Source: Candidatus Pyrohabitans jungbluthii
GTDB taxonomy: Archaea > Hydrothermarchaeota > Hydrothermarchaeia > Hydrothermarchaeales > BMS3B
Length of the DNA stretch: 64,000 nucleotides
Assembly (NCBI GenBank): GCA_002010065.2
Contig: MTMD02000015.1
Coordinates: 1 to 64,000 of the forward strand
Direction of reading: 5' to 3'
The translations under genes were made by a program, and so were the position numbers. Shown here one piece after another: positions 28,368 to 37,803 of this stretch. Positions within the stretch are counted from its first letter, which is position 1; every line of letters starts with the position of its first letter. The notes beneath the pieces are model-generated. The model was not told the DNA's origin, made no database searches, and saw only the letters and a list, made by a program, of their open reading frames with translations.

Positions 28368-30098
28368 CTACCCCAATCCCAGCTCTCTAAGCTTCTCCCG
28401 GGTAGGCACGCCCTCGCTGCTCCACCCACGCAGAGAGTAGTACTCTTCTAAAATTCCAAGCTCTGCCACCATGCCCTGGGAGGGTCCGCTGGGGATGGGC
28501 TGTGTTAGAAGCTTTCTAGGCAAGGTGTCGTCCTGCTTCGAAAATCCCTCCCGCAGGTTGAACATCCTTTCAAGGTTGAAAATCCTCTCCCCTGCGAGGA
28601 GGAGCTCTTCGCGGGTAAACTCTATTCCCGTGGCAAAGCTGAGAAGCTCAGCGTAGTCCTGCGCGGCTAACGCTCGGGCTGTAAACTTGCACAGGATAAG
28701 CGAGTCCAGCGCAGCATGAAAGTCCTGCATTTCCTTAACCAGCTTAGCCTTGCCCTCACTCTTGCGCCGGTCGACGCTCTGGGTGAGTATCTCCTCTATA
28801 TAAACAGGTGCGCGCAGGTGACAAGCGCCGCGGTTGGAGGTGGCATACGCGAGAGCTACACCCTTCGCGCCACGCGGATCATAACCGGGAAGCTCAAGGC
28901 TCTTGATGCTGATGGAATACTCAGGCAGGGCTCTTGCGCTCCCCTCAGCCAGGGCTTTGCCCTCGCCTCTGCGATGCGCGATGTCCTCAAGCAAAGCTAA
29001 AATCTTCTCGCCATCCCCCCAAGCAGCGTCGCCGTAACGCGAACATTTCTCGAGGTAGGCTGCTATTGTAGCGCCCGCTGAGATGGTGTCCATGCCCTGG
29101 TTGTTGCAAAGCTCGTTGAACTTAACCACCCACGAAAGCTCTGCAACGCCCACATTTGAGCCAAGGGCATAGAGGGTCTCATATTCGAGGCTAGTGGTGC
29201 TAACTCCGCCTACCTCAACCACCTTCCCGCACCTGATAGCGCAGGAGTAGCAGCCATAGGAGGAGGTTATGTACCTGGCGATGCTCTCGGCAGATATGCT
29301 GTCGGCACCCTCAAAAACGCCCTCGCTGAAGTTTCGCGTCGGGAGGAGACCTATGTAGTTTACCTTGGCGAGAACGTTGGGTGTGCCGTAGAGCTTCAGA
29401 GTCTTTCCTGTCGTAGGATGCGAAGCAAGCTTCCTGTAGCACTCCCTTGCCTTTCGCTTAAACTCCCGTGGATGAGCAAGCTCTATGCTCTTACTCCCCT
29501 TCACCGCAATAGCTTTGAGGTTCTTGGAGCCCATCACAGCACCCAGGCCGCCTCTGCCAAAGGCACGGTGCCCATCGTGGATTATCGCCGCAAAGCGCAC
29601 CAGGTTCTCGCCAGCCACACCTATCGCTGCAACACGTGAGCGCTCCCACCCTCGCCTGCGCTTAATCCTCTGCTCTGTCTCCCTAGTGCCCAAGCCCCAT
29701 AGTTGGGAGGCACTCTCAAACTCCACGCCATCCTCTGAAATTCTGAGACAGACCCTGTCCTCCGCCCTACCTCTTATCGCAACCGCCATATAGCCGGCTT
29801 TTCTAAGCTCGTAGCCAAGGTAGCCACCGCAGTGGGACTCGAAGATTGTGCCTGTGAGTGGTGATTTTGAAGAGGCGCACACCCTGCCTGAGGAGGGCGC
29901 AACAGTGCCTGTGAGCGGCCCGGCAGCGAAGATTAGGATGTTCTCAGGCGAAAAGGGGTCAACTCCTTCGCGGAGATGTTCATATAGCAGTTTAGCCGCA
30001 AAGCCCTTGCCCCCAATAAATCTCCTCACCACCTCCTCCTTAATTTCCTCCTCCCAGAAGCGTTCCTCGCCAAGGTCAATCCAGAGCATTCGTAGCAT
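28368..30098 (-). CDS. aor: Aldehyde:ferredoxin oxidoreductase family (W/Mo-pterin)
   Basis: IGGKG, KSPLTG, GRGGLGAVMGSKNLKAI, CYSCAIRC, EYET, GMDTIS, DSLILC; start MLRMLW at 30098 after GAGGTGA. Confidence 0.93.
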   Translation of the reverse strand: MLRMLWIDLGEERFWEEEIKEEVVRRFIGGKGFAAKLLYEHLREGVDPFSPENILIFAAGPLTGTVAPSSGRVCASSKSPLTGTIFESHCGGYLGYELRKAGYMAVAIRGRAEDRVCLRISEDGVEFESASQLWGLGTRETEQRIKRRRGWERSRVAAIGVAGENLVRFAAIIHDGHRAFGRGGLGAVMGSKNLKAIAVKGSKSIELAHPREFKRKARECYRKLASHPTTGKTLKLYGTPNVLAKVNYIGLLPTRNFSEGVFEGADSISAESIARYITSSYGCYSCAIRCGKVVEVGGVSTTSLEYETLYALGSNVGVAELSWVVKFNELCNNQGMDTISAGATIAAYLEKCSRYGDAAWGDGEKILALLEDIAHRRGEGKALAEGSARALPEYSISIKSLELPGYDPRGAKGVALAYATSNRGACHLRAPVYIEEILTQSVDRRKSEGKAKLVKEMQDFHAALDSLILCKFTARALAAQDYAELLSFATGIEFTREELLLAGERIFNLERMFNLREGFSKQDDTLPRKLLTQPIPSGPSQGMVAELGILEEYYSLRGWSSEGVPTREKLRELGLG

Positions 30099-30103
30099 TA
30101 TGC

Positions 30104-30694
30104 TCACCTCAGCAGCAGATATATTCCTGCTATCTCCCACACCGCCCCTAAGAGCAAAAGCAGCGCCACTATGAGGTAACCTCTTACCACCCTCGCAAGC
30201 GCACGCCTCACCTCTCCTCTTCGAGCGATCTCAATCCCCAGCGCTGTGCCCAGGGCAGAGGAGACGCTGTAAGCCCCAAACTCTAAAAAGATGGTGCCTG
30301 CAATCAGAACAAGGTGCTGCGCCGAGGCTATGTGGTCATAAAAGGCAAGCCCTACAAAAAAGGCGCGGAATGCGCTTATGAGCGCCGGGAGAAATAGCAC
30401 AACCCCGGTTAGCGTGGTGCTTAAAAAGGCACCAAAGCTCAGATTATATGCGAAGGTTATGCTCATCGCCCTCAAAAGACTACCCTCATGAACACTCGCG
30501 GCAACCGCTTCTAGGGGTATGAAACCCCTTAGCGACATAAGGAACTCCTCCCTCAGGGAAAGAGCCCAAGGAAAACTCAGGGCAACGACTGCGTAGCCAG
30601 CGATGAGAAAAAAGACATGCACAGAAGCCATTGCAAGGACAAGGCCTTTAATCTCCTTGACTGCTCTTATAGAGTCGTTTACCCTCGCTATCAT
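30104..30694 (-). CDS. SpoIIM-like integral membrane protein
   Basis: Multiple TMs; YNL, LEFGAY, GAVWE motifs. Confidence 0.65.
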   Translation of the reverse strand: MIARVNDSIRAVKEIKGLVLAMASVHVFFLIAGYAVVALSFPWALSLREEFLMSLRGFIPLEAVAASVHEGSLLRAMSITFAYNLSFGAFLSTTLTGVVLFLPALISAFRAFFVGLAFYDHIASAQHLVLIAGTIFLEFGAYSVSSALGTALGIEIARRGEVRRALARVVRGYLIVALLLLLGAVWEIAGIYLLLR

Positions 30695-31395
30695 AGCTCC
30701 ACCAAATTCTTGAGGAATTTCACTCTCTCTGCGACTATCCTGCCTCTATTTCTGTCTCCATTGGTGCACGCTGCGCCTCTAACCCCTGCGATATCTGCGC
30801 CCGTTTTTTTTATCTTCGGCATATCTTCAGCGCTTAAGCTGCCTGCGAGGGCGCATATTAGCCCTTGAGAGTGAGCTTCCTCCACAAAGTGCGTAAGCTC
30901 TTCAAGGTTTAGGTATGAGAGCAATCCCCCGCTGCCCTTCTTGGCTGTGTCTATCATAACCCCCTCCGCACCTGCCTGGGAGGCAACCTCAACCAGCGCA
31001 AAGGGCGAGATTGCGCCTATTTTCACGTAATCCGCATACCCCGCAAGGATAACCTTTGCGTCGAAGCTCTCGACAGCCTTAACAAGCGAGGTGGCAAGCT
31101 CAAGGGCATGTTCAGCGTTCCTTATTTTATAAAACCCTGCCTTCAGGTAATTCACACCAAGGGAAGCCAACCCATACGCCGCCAAGCTCGCGGTGCCGGG
31201 CTTGAAGTCCAAGTCCCCCAGTGTGGCGCTGGTCTCGACCCCCTGAGGGACAACCTGCAGCACCTCGCGGATAACCCAAGGGAAGCTCGCACCCAGGGAG
31301 CCCTCAGCCGGGTTTTTAACATCTATTATATCTGCTCCGCCCTTAACCGCCTCCTCTGCTTCAGCGGCATCCATAGGGCTAACCAAGAGTTTCAT
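30691..31395 (-). CDS. mfnB: (5-formylfuran-3-yl)methyl phosphate synthase (methanofuran biosynthesis)
   Basis: LLVSP..EA..GGADIIDVKNPAEGSLGA, MIDTA.K, ALAGSL, GVRGAAC. Confidence 0.92.
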   Translation of the reverse strand: MKLLVSPMDAAEAEEAVKGGADIIDVKNPAEGSLGASFPWVIREVLQVVPQGVETSATLGDLDFKPGTASLAAYGLASLGVNYLKAGFYKIRNAEHALELATSLVKAVESFDAKVILAGYADYVKIGAISPFALVEVASQAGAEGVMIDTAKKGSGGLLSYLNLEELTHFVEEAHSQGLICALAGSLSAEDMPKIKKTGADIAGVRGAACTNGDRNRGRIVAERVKFLKNLVEL

Positions 31396-31470
31396 TGCCC
31401 ACTAACTTCTCCTGAGTAAATAAAAAATTACCGGCGCAGGTTTAAATTCCAGCTTTACATAAATCTCCTT

Positions 31471-33942
31471 ATGCGATGCCCGGGCTGCGGTGAGGATATT
31501 CTTGTGATGCACTGGGGCGAAGACTATGGCATAGTCTGCCTGAGGTGCAGAATTCGAGCTAGAGTGGCTGGAAAGGATGAAGGCGAGGCATACAGGAATT
31601 TTCTTGAAGCCTACAAGCGGGGCGAGGCTGGATTTCCGGTGCAGGTTAAGCGTGAGCTCGCCCGCGAGGGGATTTCCCCCGATGGGCTACCGCAGCCCCT
31701 TCAGCGTATATTGAGAATGAAGGGGGTGAGGCTCGCGAGGTACAAGCTGTTCAGCGAGGTTGAATTTGCCCAGGGCAGCGAGGTTGAGGAACTGAACATA
31801 AACCCCTCGCTAAAGGCTTACCTCAAGGCAAGGGGGATAAGAAGGCTGTACCGCTTCCAAGAGGAGGCGCTTGAAAAAATCCTTGCTGGAAAAAATGTGG
31901 TTATATGCGCGCCCACCGCAAGCGGCAAGACAGAAGCCTTCGCTCTACCTGTGGTTCACAGCATAATGCGACTCGGCGGAGGCACAACCAGGGCGCTTTT
32001 CATCTACCCCACCAAGGCTCTTGCCAGAGACCAGCTCTCAAAATTTAAGGAGATTGAAGCCGCGACAGGCGTGCGCTTCGCTGTGCTGGACGGCGACACC
32101 CCTCGCGAGGAGAGGGAGAAGATTTACGCCTCTCCGCCAGAGGTGTTGATAACCAACCCCGACATGCTTCACCTTCACCTCATGCTCCCCTGGAGCGAGT
32201 TTCGCGGTCTTCTTCACGGGGTGTGCTACGTGGTGCTGGATGAAATCCACGAGTACACCGGTGCCTTCGGAGCGAGTATCCACTTTATCCTGCGAAGGCT
32301 CCGAAGGTTTGCTAACTTCCAGCTAATAGCTGCAACCGCGACCCTCGCCAACCCTGAAGAGTTTGCCTCCCAGCTCTTCGGGTGTAGCGCTGAGCCTGTC
32401 GCAGAAGAGGGGCGGAAGGGGAGGCTGCACTTTGCCATGCTCTACCCTGAAGAGGGTAGCGAGACCTCGCTGATAGTGGCGATAATGCGGGAGCTTTACC
32501 AGGAAGGTCTCAAAAACCTTGTTTTTGCAAACACCCACAAAAATGCAGAGGTAATACTTAAAGTAGCTAGAAAGCAAAAGCTCAGGGCAGAGATTCACCG
32601 CGCTGGTTTAACTAAAAAGCATCGCGAGGCTGTGGAGCGTGCCTTTAAGAGCGGAGAGCTTCGCTGCATGGTTGCGACGCCAACCCTTGAGCTGGGCATA
32701 GATATCGGCGACTTAGACGCCGTCGTTACGATGCTCACCAGCTTTACCCGCGTGCTTCAGCGCATAGGTAGAGCCGGACGAAAGGGACAGGAGAGCCTAG
32801 CTTTGATGGTGCTCAGAAACAACGACCCGATAAGCTCCTACTATCTGGAGCATCCCGATGACTACTTTGGCGACGTGGCTCCGGGCTACGTGGAGCCGGG
32901 CAATGAGGTTGTGGCGAGGCATCACATTCTTGCAGCCGCGCTGGACATGCCCCTTCGCAGAGGAGAGTTCGCAGAGTTTGCGGGGCTAATTGAGAAGCTT
33001 GTGAAGGAGGGGCTGCTTGTTGAGAGGAGAGGGAGGCTATACCCGGACTACAGGCGAGTGCGAAAGGTTCTGGCTAATTATAATCTCCGTGGCGTTGGCG
33101 AGGAGGTGGTTATCCGCGAGGGCAAGCGGAGAATAGGCACTAGGAGCATGCCAATGGCGGCGCGGGAGCTCTTTCCGGGGGCGATTTACCTCCATGGGGG
33201 CGTGGCTTATGTGAGCAGAAGCTTTTATTTCTCCTCTGGCAGAGGCGAAGCTGTGGTTGAACGCTTCCACGGGGAGGAGAACATAAAGACCGAAGCCCTG
33301 CGCTTCTCTGTGCCTGAGATTGTAGAGACCATCGCGAGGCGTCGCGCTCTGGGTGCAGAGCTTGTATACGCGAAGCTGCGCATTACCGAGGTGGTGCACG
33401 GCTACGTGGTCAGGGATATATACACAAACAAGAAGCTGGAGGAGGCTTCGCTTGCAGAGCCCATAGAGTATACCTTCACCACCTACGGCGTAGCCTTCCG
33501 TGCGCCTGAGCCAGAGCCTTTGCCAGAGCCCCAAAGCGGTGCTTTTAGCCATGAGGAGATACTCTCCGGAACCTTCCACGCGCTGGAGCATGTGCTTATA
33601 GAGGGGAACAATATGCTCCTTGGCGGCGGCGCAGGCGAGCTTGGAGGCATTGCCATGGGCACCTCGGGGGTGATCTTCATCTACGACGGGTCGCCGGGTG
33701 GCAATGGGCTTGCAAAGCTCCTGTACGACCGTTTTGAGACTGGAGTTAAACGCGCGAGGGAGATTCTCAGGATTTGCAACTGCAAGCGCGACGACGGTTG
33801 TCCGCGATGCACCTACTCCTACCAGTGCGGAAACAACAACCGCCCCCTATTTAAGGCAGGCGCCCTCGCGTGTGCAGAAACACTGCTGCGAGGAAAGGCA
33901 AGAGCAATAGGAGACTATGAGGGTGAGAAGCCATACGTGTAG
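31471..33942 (+). CDS. DEAH-box SF2 helicase with C-terminal DUF1998 Zn domain (MrfA/Hrq1-like)
   Basis: TASGKT, DEIH, TATL, TPTLELGIDIG, QRIGRAGR; CNC..GCPRC.YSYQCGNNN. Confidence 0.9.
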   Translation: MRCPGCGEDILVMHWGEDYGIVCLRCRIRARVAGKDEGEAYRNFLEAYKRGEAGFPVQVKRELAREGISPDGLPQPLQRILRMKGVRLARYKLFSEVEFAQGSEVEELNINPSLKAYLKARGIRRLYRFQEEALEKILAGKNVVICAPTASGKTEAFALPVVHSIMRLGGGTTRALFIYPTKALARDQLSKFKEIEAATGVRFAVLDGDTPREEREKIYASPPEVLITNPDMLHLHLMLPWSEFRGLLHGVCYVVLDEIHEYTGAFGASIHFILRRLRRFANFQLIAATATLANPEEFASQLFGCSAEPVAEEGRKGRLHFAMLYPEEGSETSLIVAIMRELYQEGLKNLVFANTHKNAEVILKVARKQKLRAEIHRAGLTKKHREAVERAFKSGELRCMVATPTLELGIDIGDLDAVVTMLTSFTRVLQRIGRAGRKGQESLALMVLRNNDPISSYYLEHPDDYFGDVAPGYVEPGNEVVARHHILAAALDMPLRRGEFAEFAGLIEKLVKEGLLVERRGRLYPDYRRVRKVLANYNLRGVGEEVVIREGKRRIGTRSMPMAARELFPGAIYLHGGVAYVSRSFYFSSGRGEAVVERFHGEENIKTEALRFSVPEIVETIARRRALGAELVYAKLRITEVVHGYVVRDIYTNKKLEEASLAEPIEYTFTTYGVAFRAPEPEPLPEPQSGAFSHEEILSGTFHALEHVLIEGNNMLLGGGAGELGGIAMGTSGVIFIYDGSPGGNGLAKLLYDRFETGVKRAREILRICNCKRDDGCPRCTYSYQCGNNNRPLFKAGALACAETLLRGKARAIGDYEGEKPYV

Positions 33943-33979
33943 CGCAAGATTTTTTATATATAATCTACAGGATATTGGC

Positions 33980-34171
33980 ATGGACGAGATTGTGCTCAGG
34001 CTGGATAAGAAGGCGATGCGCAAGCTCTATGCTGTCGCCCTCTTCTTTGGTGTTGTTATGGGACTTTTTTTAATACCAGACAGCACAATAGAGCTTGCAG
34101 GTATTGTCCTGCTCATCCTCCTGAGCATGTCCCTAGGTGTGATGCTCGAGAGGATAAGGGTGGAGAGTTAG
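33980..34171 (+). CDS. Small two-TM hypothetical protein
   Basis: TATA at ~33952, ATG at 33980, two hydrophobic helices; directly precedes purC. Confidence 0.6.
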   Translation: MDEIVLRLDKKAMRKLYAVALFFGVVMGLFLIPDSTIELAGIVLLILLSMSLGVMLERIRVES

Positions 34172-34184
34172 TGAAGGTGATAAA

Positions 34185-34880
34185 ATGAAGCTTATCTACG
34201 CTGGCAAGGCTAAAAGCTTGTATGAGCTGGACGAAGAGCGCGTGCTCATGGAGTTCCGCGACGACTTAACCGCAGGAGACGGTGCGAAGAAGGCGACAAA
34301 GGCTGGAAAGGGAGCGCTTAACGCAGAGATATCTGCTAAGTTCATGGAGCTTCTCAGGGGAAAGGGAATACCCACGCATTACCTCGCCTTTGAGGCGCCA
34401 AACAAGCACGTAGTGAAGCGCGTTAAGATAGTGCCCCTCGAGGTTATTGTGCGCAACATAGCCACAGGTAGCTTGGTGAGGCGCTACCCCTTTAAAGAGG
34501 GCACCGAGCTATCGCCACCCATTGTGGAGTTCTGCCTAAAGAGCGATGAATACCATGACCCCATGGTGAACGAAGACATAGCCCTCGCTTTGAGCGTCGT
34601 CTCTTCAAGGGAGGAGCTCGCGAAGATGCGCGAAATTGCGCTGAAGGTGAACGAAGTCCTGAGCGAGTTCCTGCGGGAGAAGGGGATTATACTCGTAGAC
34701 TTCAAGCTGGAGTTTGGCTATGACAGCGAAGGCAATCTCATTGTTGCGGACGAAATCTCTCCCGACACCTGCCGCTTTTGGGACGCGGAGACAAGGGAGA
34801 TTATGGATAAAGACCGCTTCCGGCGCGATCTTGGGGATGTACTGAAGTACTACGAGGAGGTAAAAAGGAGAATCTCATAA
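34185..34880 (+). CDS. purC: SAICAR synthase
   Basis: YAGKAK, PLEVIVRN, VDFKLEFG, ADEISPDTCRFWD, DKDRFR. Confidence 0.97.
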   Translation: MKLIYAGKAKSLYELDEERVLMEFRDDLTAGDGAKKATKAGKGALNAEISAKFMELLRGKGIPTHYLAFEAPNKHVVKRVKIVPLEVIVRNIATGSLVRRYPFKEGTELSPPIVEFCLKSDEYHDPMVNEDIALALSVVSSREELAKMREIALKVNEVLSEFLREKGIILVDFKLEFGYDSEGNLIVADEISPDTCRFWDAETREIMDKDRFRRDLGDVLKYYEEVKRRIS

Positions 34881-34912
34881 AACTGATGAAAAACTACAAG
34901 AAGAGTATAAAA

Positions 34913-35126
34913 ACCGGATTTGAGGTCAAGCGGTTAAACCTTAAGGCACGCCTCAAAGGCTTACCCTTTTTAGGGGGCAAACCTCTTTAGCATTGCCTAT
35001 CAGGTACACAGCCCGGCGAACAGGTAGCTGTCCCGCACCTTCACTCCCAACCCGGGTTTCCCCGAATGAGAGTGTCGGGCAAAGACGAGCGCCCTGCCGA
35101 ACTGCCCGCTTGATTTCCTCTCCGGT
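34913..35126 (-). ncRNA. Unassigned 214-nt structured RNA closed by a canonical bulge-helix-bulge (candidate circular RNA precursor)
   Basis: 5' ACCGGA-GAGG-AAA-UCAAGCGG pairs with 3' CCGCUUGA-CCUC-AAA-UCCGGU; internal helices with many G-U pairs and a GAAA tetraloop; BRE/TATA ~25 nt upstream; T-rich tract downstream. Confidence 0.75.
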
Positions 35127-35148
35127 GGAATAAATATTGTATTAGTCG

Positions 35149-35164
35149 CATAAATAGTTTTCGG
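35149..35164 (-). promoter_or_regulatory. BRE + TATA for the BHB RNA
   Basis: CCGAAAAC-TATTTATG on the minus strand, placing the start site at about 35126. Confidence 0.6.
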
Positions 35165-35378
35165 TTGATATTTATTACTCCTAGGAATCTGAAAGTGGGG
35201 TACGTAGATTATTTCGCCTAACTGAAGAGAGCATATGCCCAAGCTTCCTGACAGAAAGACAGGATGGGTAATCAGACATGTAACCTAGCCTTGGATCCAA
35301 ATGTGCAAGAGCTATAGAATCTCCTCAGAGTTTGAAGGGTTTCTCATCCCTCGAATGGTCAATCGCTCTGTTTTTATA

Positions 35379-35661
35379 TTACTGCTCTGGCTTTATCAGA
35401 AGAAACTGCTTTCCCTCTTCCTCTTTTACCTTTTTAAAAAAATCGCAACCCATGCAGGTTAGTTGCTTCTCAGCAAAAGTCCCCTCCCATCGCAGAATGT
35501 ACCACTAACTGCCCAGCAAATCCTACCCCCGTTTTTTCCCCATTCAATCCATCATAAGAGGTATCAACTGCCGCAGGGCACACGCCGAATTCAGTTACCT
35601 TTGTCCCTCCTGGATGCCTACCACAATTCTTGAATTCCCAACAATTTTGCCGGTGTATCAT
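35379..35661 (-). pseudogene. Frameshifted two-CW (Cys-rich) domain gene
   Basis: Three consecutive frames give NCWEFKNCGR...VCPA / KNGGRICWAVSGTFCDG / GTFAEKQLTCMGCDFFKKVKEEEG; two frameshifts are needed. Confidence 0.75.
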
Positions 35662-35787
35662 TTTATTACCCTCTCTCTTTCTCGTGAATTTACCTTTAAT
35701 ACACTATATACGCGTAGATAGATAAACATTATTTTTCATAGCCTGAAACTTAATCGAAGTGCTGGCAAACTACTGCCTACGGTGACT

Positions 35788-37788
35788 CTACCTTACCCTG
35801 CTCCCCTCCTTAACATCCCTATCCAGAGTTATTGCCCTTGCTTTGCCATCTCCAACGCTGCGTAGCAGCAGCACCTCGCTTTTCTCACCAGCCACCTCGA
35901 AGGGTTCAATGTTCGTAAGTACCGCCACCAGCCTGCCTTCTAGCTTCTCCGCGTCGCTGAGCTGCGACACCGCTTGCTTTGTGGCATCGCCCAAGCTGAG
36001 GGTGAGCTTCCAGTATCCATTACCAAGCTTCTCCACTGCCTTCACGCGAGCCACGCGGAAGTCGAAACTGGAGAAGAAGTCGTAGGTTATTTCCTGCTTT
36101 GACTTGAAAATCTCCTCAAATTGGGTAACCTCCGATGTTATACTGCGCAGCCTCTCTATAGCCTCATCGTCGAGCTTCGGAAACAGCGGCTTTGGCTTAG
36201 CAATTTTCGTCCCGGGTTTAATCTTTTCAGTACCAACGTCGCTCAGCATGCCCAGCTCTGTGCCGAGGAGGCGGGCCACCTCCTGGGCGCTCTGGGGCAA
36301 AAACGGGCTCATCAGTATAGCCAAGTCGTAGCACAGGTTGGCGCATACATAAAGCGCAGCCTTCGCGCGCTCTGGCTCAGCCTTAACCTTCTTCCAGGGC
36401 TCCTGCGCCTGGAAGAAGGCGTTGCCGATATCTGAGAGTTCAAGCACCTTGCGTAGACCATCTCTAAGCTTTACATCCCACATGAGCGAGCGGTACTCTT
36501 CAGCGATTCTCCTGCTCTCTTTCAACGTTCGCCTGTCTTCGTCGCTCAGCTCAGCCTCGGGCACAGCTCCAGAGAAGTAGCGGTGGATGAAGCTCAGTGT
36601 GCGATAGAAGAAGTTTCCAAGGTTAGCAACAAGCTCGTTGTTCACTCTCTCCTTAAACTCCCTCCACTTCCACTCGGTATCGCTGGTCTCTGGAATAATG
36701 TAGGTTAGATAGAAGCGCCACACGTCGCTGCTGAGCTGTGCTTTAGGCAGGTTCTCGCAGAATATCCCCCATCCTCGCGATTTGGAAATCTTGTCACCCT
36801 CGTAGTTGAGATACTGCAGTCCAGCCACGCGGTAGGGTAGGTCATATTCTCCGTTTGCGAGCAACATGCCCGGCCAGAAGATGGTGTGGAAGGGTATGTT
36901 GTCCTTGCCTATAAAGTGGAATATCTTCGCCTCGCCCTTCCAGAAGGGTTTCCAGGCATCGGCATCGCCCTTAAGCCTTGCCCATTCCTTGGTGGAGGAA
37001 ATGTAGCCTATGGGCGCGTCGAACCACACGTAGAAAACCTTGTCCTCGTAGCCCTTTAGGGGGACCTTTACTCCCCACTCCAAGTCGCGGGTAATGCATC
37101 TCGGCTTTAACCCTTCTTTAATCCAGCCCATGGCCATGTTGTAAACCTGCTGGCTCCACACTCCGCGCCTGCTCTCTATCCACTCCTTAAGCTTCGGCTC
37201 AAGCTTGTCTAGGTTGAGAAACAGGTGCCGCGTTTCTTTAAAGACCGGCGTGTTTCCGCACAGAACGCACCTTGGCTCAATAAGCTCGTCCGGATTTAAT
37301 AGCGTCGAACAGCGCTCGCACTGATCGCCCCTCGCAGAGTCATAGCCGCAGCTCGGGCAGGTGCCTTCGACGTAACGGTCCGGGAGAAATCGCTTATCGT
37401 GCTCGCAGTAGGGTAAGAGGAGCACGCCCTCGGTTATGTAGCCGTTCTCGTATATCTTCAGAAAAAACTCCTTCGTGGTCTTATGATGAATCTCCCTCGA
37501 AGTGCGTGAAAAGTTGTCGTAGCTTATGTCCAGCCAGTCGTATATCTCCTTATGTACCTCGTAGTACTTGTCTGTAAGCTCTTTGGGAGAAACCCCCAGC
37601 TTTCGTGCAGCAACCTCTATGGGTGTGCCATGCTCATCGCTCCCGCCTATAAACACCGTCTCATAGCCCGCGAGGCGGCAAAAGCGGGCGAATATATCCG
37701 CTGGTAGATGCGAACCAGCGATGTTGCCTATGTGGGGTACGTTGTTCACATAGGGCAAGGCGCAGGTAATCAGTACCTTCTCCGCTAT
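35788..37788 (-). CDS. metG: Methionyl-tRNA synthetase with degenerate C-terminal tRNA-binding domain
   Basis: LITCALPYVNNVPHIGN, Zn knuckles, YVWFDAPIGY, GKDNIPFH, KISKS; probable ATA start at 37788. Confidence 0.95.
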   Translation of the reverse strand: MAEKVLITCALPYVNNVPHIGNIAGSHLPADIFARFCRLAGYETVFIGGSDEHGTPIEVAARKLGVSPKELTDKYYEVHKEIYDWLDISYDNFSRTSREIHHKTTKEFFLKIYENGYITEGVLLLPYCEHDKRFLPDRYVEGTCPSCGYDSARGDQCERCSTLLNPDELIEPRCVLCGNTPVFKETRHLFLNLDKLEPKLKEWIESRRGVWSQQVYNMAMGWIKEGLKPRCITRDLEWGVKVPLKGYEDKVFYVWFDAPIGYISSTKEWARLKGDADAWKPFWKGEAKIFHFIGKDNIPFHTIFWPGMLLANGEYDLPYRVAGLQYLNYEGDKISKSRGWGIFCENLPKAQLSSDVWRFYLTYIIPETSDTEWKWREFKERVNNELVANLGNFFYRTLSFIHRYFSGAVPEAELSDEDRRTLKESRRIAEEYRSLMWDVKLRDGLRKVLELSDIGNAFFQAQEPWKKVKAEPERAKAALYVCANLCYDLAILMSPFLPQSAQEVARLLGTELGMLSDVGTEKIKPGTKIAKPKPLFPKLDDEAIERLRSITSEVTQFEEIFKSKQEITYDFFSSFDFRVARVKAVEKLGNGYWKLTLSLGDATKQAVSQLSDAEKLEGRLVAVLTNIEPFEVAGEKSEVLLLRSVGDGKARAITLDRDVKEGSRVR

Positions 37789-37803
37789 GACAAAACCTCC
37801 TAT

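Noticed and set aside
31471-33942. DUF1998 helicase as a DISARM/Druantia-type defence component
   Set aside because: It is a single fused MrfA/Hrq1-like gene among housekeeping neighbours, with no methylase or other partner genes.
34913-35126. Identification of the structured RNA as RNase P RNA, SRP RNA, 5S rRNA, a cobalamin riboswitch or a C/D guide
   Set aside because: GAGGAAA is not followed by GUCC and the other RNase P conserved regions are absent. There is no SRP helix-8 motif, no B12 box and no terminal RUGAUGA/CUGA pair. It is left unassigned pending an Rfam search.
35000-35242. 80-aa ORF overlapping the RNA element
   Set aside because: No recognisable motif or SD; it spans the promoter and structured region, so it is probably spurious.
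35525-35545. Programmed -1 frameshift in the two-CW gene
   Set aside because: The run is not in canonical X XXY YYZ register, and a second shift is also required, which favours decay or error.
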